Assembly (NCBI GenBank): GCA_008632985.1
Contig: QPGO01000056.1
Location: 186,001 to 212,696 of the forward strand
Source: Psammoneis japonica
Taxonomy: Eukaryota
DNA length: 26,696 nucleotides
Direction of reading: 5' to 3'
The notes below the pieces were generated by a model, which saw only the letters and a list, made by a program, of their open reading frames with translations, was not told the DNA's origin and did not search any database. Shown here piece after piece: positions 10,717-21,504 of the stretch (its first letter is position 1; each line of letters begins with the position of its first letter). A program made the translations under genes and the position numbers.

Positions 10717-11321
10717 TGTGGGATTATTGGACCACTGCGCCACTCGTCACCAAAAGAGCTCCCCGTAGAGGGGTGTTGATCGTTTTGCAATTTATTCAGT
10801 GGAACTGCTGAGTTGGCAGTGATGCGCGAGGTGCGCGCAGAATCATCGGAATTGTGGATATTCTCACACTCCCCAGCGGACGGATCACGGATGGATGTTC
10901 AAGGTGAAGGAACTGGAGTGGTCTGGACGTAACTGAGTCTTGAAGATGATTCGATGTAAGCGTGTGTGCTTGATGTGGTGCGTGCCACGTGATGTCAGCG
11001 TTGTGACGTTTGACGTTCTGAATGTTGTCTTGTTGAAGATTGAGCTCTTCCCCGCGGTGCAGACATGCGTGCGAGTAGGGGAGGATCAGCTTTCCGAGAT
11101 GAGCGAGCGTGCTGAAGGATCTGAAAGTTGGGAATCGAACCCTTGTCCTCTAACGTCGTATTGCAACCATGTGGGATTATTGGACCACTGCGCCACTCGT
11201 CACCAAAAGAGCTCCCCGTAGAGGGGTGTTGATCGTTTTGCAATTTATTCAGTGGAACTGCTGAGTTGGCAGTGATGCGCGAGGTGCGCGCAGAATCATC
11301 GGAATTGTGGATATTCTCACA
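10717..11321 (-). mobile_element. TRIM (miniature non-autonomous LTR retrotransposon), 605 bp, recent insertion
   Basis: Identical 152-bp TG...CA LTRs (10717-10868, 11170-11321) with 5-bp TSD ATGAC (10712-16, 11322-26); the site is empty in copies B and C. On the minus strand: a PBS-like TGGTTGCAATACG follows the 5' LTR, a PPT-like GGGGAG abuts the 3' LTR, and AATAAA lies in the LTR. The 301-bp interior is non-coding. Confidence 0.95.
11131..11195 (-). promoter_or_regulatory. Candidate type-2 RNA Pol III internal promoter (A box and B box) spanning the TRIM LTR/PBS junction
   Basis: Minus strand: TGGCGCAGTGG (11195-11185) matches the A-box consensus and GGTTCGATTCC (11141-11131) matches the B-box consensus, at tRNA-like spacing. 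Confidence 0.5.
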
Positions 11322-12941
11322 ATGACGCGAACCCATTGGTTCCAAATCCATTCCGATCTTGTCTGCCTCTGAATGACTGTCCTTGCAAGACAATCTACTG
11401 TGGCTCTGGGCAGGCGCATTTGTATGGTGAGTGGTACAGTCGTGTGTTGCGCATTTGACATTTCACACCATGCTAAAATGATTGATGCCGCGCCATTGCC
11501 ACACAGCAGTGTTTTTGTTGCCGCAGGTGGATTGATGGTTCCATGTGTTGTTGGGCAGGGTTCTCATTCGTTTCCAACGTCTAAAAACAATGTTTTGATG
11601 TTAGGCCTTTTAGAGAGATTCCCTTCGGGAACGCTTTTGGTGCGGTTTCGGAACGCTTTTGGTGCGGTCCCGGAACGGTGGAAACACGGGAATGACGAAA
11701 TGCCTATTTCGTCGAATGGCATTTCCGTGTTGGAGCCATTGGCGGTTGTCATAGATATGGTTTATTGTCAAACAATGCCAGCAGTTACAATGCACCCTCA
11801 CAGTTCAACTTGTGGCCACTGTAACTCAAAATTGTTGAGACTTCTACCAGCCGTTCTTTTTCTTAGAGAAAATAGAAACCTGTTTTGACGGGTGCACCTT
11901 TTTGCAATAAATCCACACAATCTGTTAAACTTTTACACTGTTGTGCCATGCTCAAATAGTTCTGACAACAGTGCACTAATTGCGGTGCATCACATGTCTC
12001 ATTGGCGAATTGACCGGCTCCAAAGTTTGATTTCCGCGCGAATTGGTGCATGTGAGAACGTTCTCGGAACGCTTTTGGAACGCTTTTGGAACGCTTTTGG
12101 AACGGCATGCAAGGGAATCTTGAACGACAATAATCCAAAATGGTCTCCAGCCCCAGTCCCCCCCAAGAGGCCTTTTTTGGTTTTGGCGGTTGGAGCCATT
12201 TGGCGGGTTTGAATTTGAAATTGCACTGTCGCACGAAGCGATGAGGTTGAGACAGTCGTGACTGGTTCAAATCGGAGTTCGGGATCGAGAAGGGAACTCA
12301 ACGGCGTCTCTTGCAGTCGTGCGGTGCCATGCGTGTCATCATGCGTGCAGAAACGCCGTGACCGACAACGTGATGTGCTCATGGCAACCACCCATGATGT
12401 GTGCATGGACACACAAATTTGAACACAGTAGAAAATGAGCGCACAGGCAGGCACCGATAGAAGGTGTCGTCATCATCGATTGTCGCACCGTTTTGTCGTT
12501 CATTTCAGTGCTTGATGTCACCATGCCAACCCAATTGAGTGAGTGCAGGTTGTCATTTTTCACGCACTGTGCAACATCATTTAAACATTCTCATTCCATC
12601 CAGTGGGTTGTCTTCTCAACGAGAAATTTTGGCGGGGTCTGGTGAAGACACAACCACCTGCATTTCTGGGGGCATTTTGTCTCAGCACTGGTTGGGAAAA
12701 AAGGCAATTGCTGAGAAACCTTCCATGGAATTTTGACATTTTGTCAAATCAAACAGAGCCCCAAAAACACAGGATTTGTCCTGCAGCCAAATGCAACATT
12801 GTGTGTCTGTGGCATGTCCCCTGGCAAAAAGTGCGAGCAGCGTTTTGGTGGCAAGTGCACAAACTTTCGCAGCATCGTGCAGACTGTGGCGGCACTCGCG
12901 TGCAGGCGCAGGTCTCTCTGACATTCTGTGCGTTTTTCCAG

Positions 12942-15900
12942 GGAGTTGCATGAAATGTCAAAATTTTCGTTTTTCCCTGCAAAAACGCACAGAATGTCAG
13001 AGAGACCTGCCTGCACGCGAGTGCCGCCACAGTCTGCACGATGCTGCGAAAGTTTGTGCACTTGCCACCAAAACGCTGCTCGCACTTTTTGCCAGGGGAC
13101 ATGCCACAGACACACAATGTTGCATTTGGCTGCAGGACAAATCCTGTGTTTTTGGGGCTCTGTTTGATTTGACAAAATGTCAAAATTCCATGGAAGGTTT
13201 CTCAGCAATTGCCTTTTTTCCCAACCAGTGCTGAGACAAAATGCCCCCAGAAATGCAGGTGGTTGTGTCTTCACCAGACCCCGCCAAAATTTCTCGTTGA
13301 GAAGACAACCCACTGGATGGAATGAGAATGTTTAAATGATGTTGCACAGTGCGTGAAAAATGACAACCTGCACTCACTCAATTGGGTTGGCATGGTGACA
13401 TCAAGCACTGAAATGAACGACAAAACGGCGCGACAATCGATGATGACGACACCTTCTGTCGGTGCCTGCCTGTGCGCTCATTTTCCACTGCATTCAAATT
13501 TGTGTGTCCATGTGTACATCACAAGCAGCTGCTGTGAGCACATCACGTTGTCACGGCGTTTCTGCACGCATGATGATGCGCATGGCACCGCGCGACTGCA
13601 AGAGACGCCGCTGAGCTCCCTTCTCGATCCCGAGCTCCGATTTGAGCCAGCCACGACTGTCTCAACCTCATCGCTTTGTGCAACAGCACAGATTTCAAAT
13701 TCAAACCCGCCAAATGGCTCCAACTGCCAAAACCAAAAAAGGCCTCTTGGGGGGGACTGGGAGTTGCACGAAATGTCGACATTTTCGTTTTTCCCTGTTT
13801 TTCGTGGTTTTTTGTGACGACAACTCATTTTACACATCCCCCAAAGCTTTGCATTTGGGGCTGTGTGAACACCAGACACCGGACAGATGGGGTCGAGTGA
13901 AGAGCGAACGGCGAAGGCGGTGATGGTTTGTTGTGCGAAGCGAAAGTCAGCGCTGTCCACCGTCACCGTGCACGCCATTGTCATCCATGAACCTGGGTTG
14001 CCAGTCAGTCTAAGATGATGAGATGGTGAAGCCAATGCCAGCACATTGATTTTCAAAAAGAGATTGGAATGATGGTGCGCAACAAGTCCAGATTTACAAT
14101 TGACTCTGTTCCGACACAAAACCATTTTCTTGTCGTGTCTTCATGTGCTCCACCACAGATTCCCAGCAAAATGGTTTCAGAACAATGCAGATTCAGAAAA
14201 CAAGGGCACACAACAAGTGAGTGGGCAGGAACCCATGAGAAAGGTTGCCTTCATCTTGAAGAAGGCCCCACAACTTGCACACTGCTGCATGTCCTGCAAA
14301 GTGCTCAAGTGTGACGTGAACCCATTGGCTCCAAATCCACTCCGATCTTGTCGGCCTCTGAATGACTGTCCTTGCACGACAATCTGCTGTGGCTCTGGGC
14401 AGGCGCATTTGCATGGTGAGCAGCACAGTTGTGTGTTGCGCATTTGACATTTTGCGTTGTTGTGCTAAAATGATTGCTGCCGCGCCAGTGCCACACAGCA
14501 GTGTTTTTGTTGCCGCAGGTGGATTGATGGTTCCATGTGTCATCAGGCAGGGTTCTCATTCGTTTCCAACGTCTAAAAACAATGCTGTGATGTCAGGCCT
14601 TTTAGAGAGATTCCCTTTGGGAACGCTCTTGGTGCAGTCCCGGAATGCTTTTGGTGTGGTCACGGAATGGCGGAAACATGGGAACGACGAAATGCCCATT
14701 TCGTCGAATGGCACTTCCATGTTGGAGCCATTGGCGGTTGTCATGGATGCGATTTAGTGTCAAACAACACTGGTGGTTGCAGCACATCACAGCAGTTTAA
14801 CTCACAGCCACTGCAACTCAAAATTGTTGAGACTTCCAACAGCCGTTCTTTTCCTTAGAGAAAACAGAAACCTGTTTTGACGGGTGTGCCTTTTTGCAAC
14901 AAATCCATCTAATCTGTCAAACTTTTGCGCTGTTGTGCCACACTCAAACAGTTCTGACAATGGTGCACTGATTGCAGCGCATCACATGTCTCATTGGCGA
15001 ATTGACCGGCTCCAAAGTTTGATTTCCGCGCGAATTGGTGCATGTGAGAACGTTCTCGGAACGGTGTTGGAACACTTCTGGAGCGCTTTTGGAGCGGCAT
15101 GCAAGGGAATCTTGAACGACAACAACCCAAAATGGTCTGGCCCTCAGTTCTCCCCAAGAGGCCTTTTTTGGTTTTGGCGGTTGGAGCCATTTGACGGGAT
15201 TTGAATTTGAAACCTGCACTGTCGCATGAAAAGCGATGAGGTTGAGACAGTCGTGGCTGGCTCAAATCGGAGTTTGGGATCGAGAAGGGAACTCAACGGC
15301 GTCTCTCTTGCAGCCGCACCTGCCATGCAGCACACTCATGCGTGCAGAAACGCCGTGACAACATCATGCATGTGCTCTCACAGCAACTCCGATGATGTGC
15401 ACATGGATGTGCAAATGTGAACACAGCAGGAAATGAGCTGACAGGCGGGCACCGACAGAAGGCAACGTCAGCATCGATTGTCGCACCGTGCTGTCGTTCA
15501 CTCAGTGCTTGTGATGATGCACCATGCCAACCCAATTGAGTGAGTTGTTTTTCACACACTGCACAACATCATTTTGACATTCTCGCTCTAGTGGGTTGTC
15601 TTCTCAACGAGAAATTTTGGCAGGGGTCTGGTGAAGACACAACCACCTGCATTTCTGGGGGCATTTTCTCTCGGCACTGGTTGGAAAAAAGACAATTGTT
15701 GAGAAGCCTTTCATGGAATTTCGACATTTTGTCAAATCAACCAGAGTTCCAAACACACAGGATTTGTCCTGCAGCCAAATGCCTCGAATGTTGTGTGTCT
15801 GTGGCATGTCCCCTGGCAAAAAGTGCGAGCATCGTTTGAGTGGAAAGTGCACAAACTTTCGCAGCATCGTGCAGACCGTGGCACTCGCATGCAGGCAGGC

Positions 15901-17348
15901 AGGTCTCTCTGACATTTCTGTGCGTTTTTGCAGGGAAAAACGAAAATTTTGACATTTCATGCAACTCCCTGGGGCCAGAGACTATTTTGGATTGTTGTCG
16001 TTCAAGATTCCCTTGCACACCGTTCCAAAAGCATTCCAAAAGCGTTCCGAGAACGTTCTCACATGCACCAATTCGCGCGGAAATCAAACTTTGGAGCCGG
16101 TCAATTCGCCGGTGAGACATGTGATGCATTGCAATTGGTGCACCATTGTTGGAACTGTTTGAGCATGGCACAACAGTGTAAAAGTTTAACAGATTGCATG
16201 GATTTGTTGCAAAAAGGTACACCCGTCAAAACAGGTTTCTGTTTTCTCTAAGAAAAAGAACGGCTGGCAGAAGTCTCAACAATTTTGAGCTGCAGTGGCC
16301 ACAAGTTGAGCTGTGAGGGTGTGTTGTAACCGCTGGCATTGTTCGACAATGAACCATGTCTGCAACAACCGCCAATGGCTCCAACACGGAAATGCCATTC
16401 GACGAAACAGGCATTTCGTCATTCCCGTGTTTCCACCGTTCCGGGACCGTGCCAAAAGCGTTCCGAAACCGCGCCAAAAGCATTCCCGAAGGGAATCTCT
16501 CTAAAAGGCCCAACATCAAAACATTGTTTTTAGACGTTGGAAACGAATGAGAACCCTGCCCGATGATGCATGGAACCATCAATCCACCTGCGGCAACAAA
16601 AACACTGCTGCATGGCAATGGCGCGGCATCAATCATTTTGGCATGGTGCAAAATGTCAAATGCACAACACACGACTGCACTGCTCACTGTGCAAATGCGC
16701 CTGCCCAGAGCCACAGTGGATTGTCTTGCAAGGACAGTCATTCAGAGGCAGACAAGATCGGAATGGATTTGGAGCCAATGGGTTCACGTCATGCTTGAGC
16801 ACTTTGCAGGACACACAGCAGTGTGCGAGTTGTGGGGCCTTCTTCAAGATGAAGGCAACCTTTCTCATGGGTTCCTGCCCACTCACTTGTTGTGTGCCCT
16901 TGTTTTCTGAATCTGCATTGTTCTGAAACCATTTTGCCGGGAATCTGTGGTGGAGCACACGAAGACACGACAAGAAAATGGTTTTGTGTCGGAGTGGAGT
17001 TAATTGTAAATCTGGACTTGTTGCGCACCATCACTCCAATCTCTTTTTGAAAATCAACGTGCTGGCATTGGCTTCACCATCTTGTCATCTTAGATTGACT
17101 GGCAACACAGGTTTGTGGATGATGATGGCATGCACGGTGACGGTGGACGGCACTGACTTTCGCTTCGCATCAACGAACCATCGCCGCGTTCACCGTTCGA
17201 CCCCATCTGTCTGATGTCTGGTGTTCGCATGGCCCAAAATGCAACGTTTTACTGCAGGGGATGTGTAAAATGAATTGTCGTCACGAAAAAACAGGAAAAA
17301 CCACGAAAAACAGGGAAAAACGAAAATTTCGACATTTCATGCAACTCC
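12942..17348 (-). mobile_element. TIR element copy B (reverse), split by copy C into 12942-13759 and 15972-17348
   Basis: Reverse complement of copy A. The sequence resumes exactly across the copy C insertion (ggggga-CTG...CTG-gggccagagac). Confidence 0.88.
13760..15968 (+). mobile_element. TIR element copy C (forward), complete 2209 bp, nested in copy B
   Basis: Both TIRs are intact, with a perfect CTG TSD at 13757-59 and 15969-71. Confidence 0.93.
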
Positions 17349-19188
17349 CAGAAAAAGCGTTCTCCGAGCTCGCGACGCGATCTTCAGTCTGCTGGTGGGA
17401 GCGCGTGAGCGCGAGCTGATCGGCATCCGCACCTTCCCATCCATGCATTGGAGAAACTGACCTCTTCGCTGCACAACAGTTTGAAGGAGTCCCTCATTTT
17501 TTGAGTTTGTTTGAGGAAGAGACAACAAAGAGTCAGCAGGAGGGCGTGCACAGAGAACGGGCTCTCTTGAGCCGCAGCACGTGCGGCACCAGGCCACTCC
17601 TCTGAGCGGCACAGCACACAAACCAAAAATGAGCTCTGGCAAACATTTGCCACCTTTTCTTGCATGACACTGCTCCAGATCTTTTTGTTCTGAAGCCTCT
17701 TCCTTGCCTTTGTTCAATGCTTTCTTTTTCAATTTTCCTCTTTCTCTCCCCCCTCGTCGTCCCCCCCACCCATGTTTTTTTTTGCCAAAACGCCCTTTTT
17801 TGTTGTTGGCGGCAAGCCCAGTGTTCACATGTGGACCTTGACAACTGTTGTGTTTGGCAATCAAGCAAACATGTTGTTATTTCACAAAGCAGCACAATGT
17901 GAAAAATGTTTGCACTCAGCACATGTGGACTCACACAGTGCAAAGAACCTGCGCCGAGTCAAGTGCCTTGCAACAGGAACAGCGGACATTGCAAATTTTC
18001 CACAACTTGTCGAAACACAATGACAATGGTGACCTCGAATGCAACATGCTCCACCAGTGGCCATGTGCTCACCACAACACTGACATGCAAGGACAGCACG
18101 CATTTAATTTCATGTGTGCATGCCTTTGATGTGCAGCAAAAAAAATGGGCGTTTGAGTGGGACCGCCGACTTGTCATTTCCACCTTTGTCCTAAAAACAG
18201 CATTGCATTTGAATGAGGCCATTTGCAGTTGTTCATTTTAAATGTTAAAATTGTTTGATGATTGTCCATGAAAACAAGAACATCAGGCACCGCAGTCGAA
18301 GCACGACGATGACGGCCATCATGTCATCTCTCAAAATTGGCCCAGTGGCATGAGGGATGGAAGTGCATGCAAATCAATCTACACTGCATCACAACAACAA
18401 AGCCAATGAGCGTTCCTTGTGAGGTGATGCTTTGCAACTCACCGCTTGTTGCAAACATTGTTGTTGTCACTCGTGCTTTTGTTGTTGTGTTGTTTTCTGT
18501 TGCAACCCATCAAAAATGTGGAAAAACCCGGAAAAGGGACGTGCAAAAAAAGAGCCAACGTCCCCCTTGAGCAGGAAAAAAACAACTCAGGTTGTCCCCC
18601 CTGCTGTGTCAGGAGGCCACAGCGGCTCCCCCTCCTCATCATTTTGCTGCAGCAGCTCAGCACCGTGCCCACTTTGAATGCGCTGCCCAGCTGTTTTTTG
18701 TGCAATGATGCATGTGCTTCCTCCAGAGTGGTGACAACAGTGGTGCAAAAGACTTTTTGCAGCTGCTCAAAATGTGGGATTTGCGTGACCACTGCCAGAA
18801 GTTGAGTGTTTGTCACTTGGCCTTGAAGACATCATCATTTCTCTCTCTCTGTCCTGATGACACACCACTCCTCTTCTCCTCTGGCTGGTGTGGTGCACAT
18901 GACCTTGTGTGGTTCACTGTGCTGGTCAGCCCCCACAGTCAATGTGAGAGCACAAGCTGTGGAACAATGGACAGATTCATGTCATGGGCGTGGCCACTGA
19001 TGTTTGTTGATTGGCCTCTGTGTTGATCACATTTTGTCCCTTCAGTCTAAAAAAAACATCCCATTTGCCATCAAAAGGGATTTTCCTGACAACAGTCATT
19101 TGTTGGCAGAGTCAGACATCAAGGATCAGGCAAGTCAATGGAGCAATTGACATGGTGTTGTGCAGCATGATTTCCAAGTGTCATCCTC

Positions 19189-19919
19189 CTGTGCTTGATG
19201 TGCATGAGGCTGGTCAATTGGCAACTTCTGTGAAGGAGTGTGTTGGAACATTGGGGCCAGAGGTGGTTTTCACAAGACAGACAAAGTTGCAGTTCAGGGT
19301 GCAGTGATGATTGTGGACAATGTGGCAAGTTTGCATTCATGACTCGGTTGAGTTGTGAGTCTTGTGCTCACTTTTTAGCTTCTGCACCTGGTTGACACAG
19401 TGATGACAGCTGGCAACAACAGCCAATGTGTTTGCAATTCACAAAGTGAGCCAGGAGATGGCAAGACCAAATGTCCACTTGATTGCAAATTCCAATCTAC
19501 TTTCCCAGCCCTTGTCTGCAGATGTTTTTCAACTTCCCAACCTTTGAATGATGCCACTCCTTTGAGTGTCATGCTGCAACTTTTTGGTTTCTGTGTTGGA
19601 GCTTTGTGGCTTGCTGACTGGTGCACATTGGGTCTCGCTGTCTGTGAAATCACCATGTGGCTTGCAAATGCATTGCCACATTGCTGTCAACTGCTGCTGC
19701 TGTGTTGACCAAGTGCAAATGCTAAAAGGCAAGCTCAAGACCTGCAACTCAACCTCTGAGCTGTGAGAATGCAAACTTGCCACATTTTCCACAATTGTCA
19801 GTGCATCTCACACAGCAACTTTGCACGTCTGTCCTGTAAAAAACCACCTCTGACCCCAATGTTCTAACAGTTGTGTGCTGTTTGTCAGGAGCTGCCAACT
19901 TTTGTTCCATCAAGCACAG
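19189..19919. repeat. Diverged inverted repeat, arms ~19189-19368 and ~19732-19919, spacer ~360 bp
   Basis: gaacattggggccagaggtggtttt...caaagttgc...attgtggacaatgtggcaagtttgcattc...ggttgagttg matches the reverse complement of caactcaacc...gaatgcaaacttgccacattttccacaat...gcaactttg...aaaaccacctctgaccccaatgttc. Confidence 0.8.
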
Positions 19920-20060
19920 CCATGTTTCCAAAGTTGAGCAAACCAAGCAAAGTTTGATCAACAAATTCTGTGCCTGGCAGTCATTCTGTTGTCAACAAGG
20001 AAGTTGCACCCAGCTCCATGGTGCTGCACATTTTTTCAAGTTTGCTGAGTTCTCAGCTCC

Positions 20061-21440
20061 ATGCCAATGGAGCTGGCTCCTGCTGTTTTGACAAAATGCA
20101 TGTCTGCACGCACAATTGAGTTGGCAACACACTGCACCAGCACACCAACATTGGCTCAAAACAATCTGCATTTGGAGGGGAAGGGTCTGGGACCAAATGG
20201 GCAAGATGAGCAGCCTGAGTTGTGCTGTGTAAGTTTGGAGGAGATGCCAAATCTTTTCAAACTGGTGCCACCACAGCAGCTCCAGTTTGATGATGAGCAA
20301 GCTCAATTGAATCACCAGAGACAATTGGCACCCCAAAAAAAAGCTTTGAGAGAAAAATTGTGAACAGTCATTCTTTTGACATGTTGACATTGGTGAATTG
20401 ACAATGTGCTGGGAGCATGGTAAATTTCTGTTTCTGCAGATCTTGTCATGGTGCAGTGGAGTCATTGGGCACTGTGGCATTGTTTGTTGTTTACATGAAC
20501 ACATTCACATGCACATCTGCATGTGCACAATTTGTTGACTGTGTGCTCTGAAGCTGACAATGACAAGGATGTCTTAAAAGCCAGAGAGATGGCATCTCGA
20601 TCAACAACATCTGGAGTCCATCTTGACACCATCTTGACAATGGAGCACACAAAAAAATGACAAACTGCAAGACCAAGATGCCGACTCTCGAAATGAGTCT
20701 GGATCCAGCTACAATTTCCTGCTTGTTGCCATTCGTTTTCTGTTTTTGGGCTGATGAGATGATGGCTAACTGACAGTTTGTTGTCGCATGTTGTTTGTAA
20801 GTCTACACGTTGGATTCTAAATGCCATGTGGAAGTTCTTGTGCAACGAATCGAGATGTTGTTTGACCCTTTCGATTGTCTCTGGAGCAAACCAAAAAAGT
20901 GGTTTAGATTTCAACAAGCGCAACATGCCACCGATCAGTGCGACACGCAGATGTTTCATGTTGATTTTTTAAACATTAACACACATCATGTTGTGTGCAC
21001 AAACACAATGATGGCTCTCTAGAGAGGAGCAGTGCAGAACAAGTCAGGTCTTCCCATGCGAAAGTTCTCATAGTCCGGATGTGCTGAGCAACACGAAACG
21101 CCTTCAGCAAGTCATTGTCTCTTTCATAGCCGACGAGCTCATGGCGGCGGAAGCTGCCGCGGTTCCCCATCTCCTCAAGCCCTGCATGCCTCTTTTGGAA
21201 ATGACTAAGTTGCTTTCCAAGGCGACGCCGCAGAGATGCGAAAGTCATGGAAACTATGGCAAGTCCTGGATGAGTCCCCAACCAGGCGCTAGCATGATTG
21301 GCAAGTTGTTGGAGTTTGATAGGCAAGGACAGGAGAATGTCATCAACTTGATGGAGTCAGTGCCTGTTCAGGTCCACAAATCAGCATGGAGAGGCCACAA
21401 AGAGAGATTCGTGGAAACTTGAATGACAATGCCAGCCTAA
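20061..21440 (+). pseudogene. Fragmented coding remnant of unknown family
   Basis: Protein-like fragments at 20061-20363 and 21081-21422 end in TGA. The second continues to TAA at 21438-40, about 65 bp from the convergent host gene's stop. Confidence 0.35.
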
Positions 21441-21504
21441 AGATATTGTGTCGGTCATGAGAGAACGTTCTGGGCACGGGTTGTGTTGTGGCAAGCCATG
21501 TACC

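Larger units (their letters stand above)
10158..12941 (+). mobile_element. TIR element copy A (forward), inserted in the TIR of another copy; carries the TRIM
   Basis: Begins after CTG (10155-57) inside a 38-bp TIR fragment and is colinear with copy C. Its length without the TRIM and TSD, plus the 35-bp TIR tip, is 2209 bp, the same as copy C. Confidence 0.85.
10120..17348. mobile_element. Palindromic nest of three copies of a ~2.2-kb non-autonomous TIR DNA transposon (CWG TSD, PIF/Harbinger-like)
   Basis: The terminal sequence GGAGTTGCRYGAAATGTCRAMATTTTCGTTTTTCCCTG starts at 10120, 10158, 12942 and 13760, and occurs inverted ending at 15968 and 17348. Every end abuts CAG or CTG; the outer flanks are CAG (10117-19) and CAG (17349-51). 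No transposase ORF recognised. The Harbinger call rests only on the 3-bp CWG TSD. Confidence 0.88.
17352..21440. other. Unidentified, strongly TpA-depleted decayed block (probable TE or eroded gene)
   Basis: Same TG/CA-rich, TA-poor composition as the identified TEs. No recognisable domain or termini. Confidence 0.5.

Noticed and set aside
11120..11205. tRNA gene suggested by the A and B boxes
   Set aside because: No proper D, anticodon or acceptor stems, and it straddles an LTR boundary. Kept only as a promoter-like signal.
10158..17348. CpG deamination or classical RIP as the sole cause of the TA/TG/CA pattern
   Set aside because: It would need double hits at many sites in copy A, which otherwise retains more CpG. 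It also cannot explain global TA depletion or Tyr>Cys/His changes.
11330..20700. Dozens of overlapping 60-215 aa ORFs rich in Cys, His and Met (also in 1-1800)
   Set aside because: These are by-products of TA loss, which removes TAA/TAG stops and Tyr codons. They occur in all six frames, have no domains, and mirror each other across the inverted copies.
17349..21475. Possible TIR pair CAGAAAAAGCGTTCTC / GAGAACGTTCTG bounding the unidentified block
   Set aside because: The match is short and gapped, and there is no TSD.
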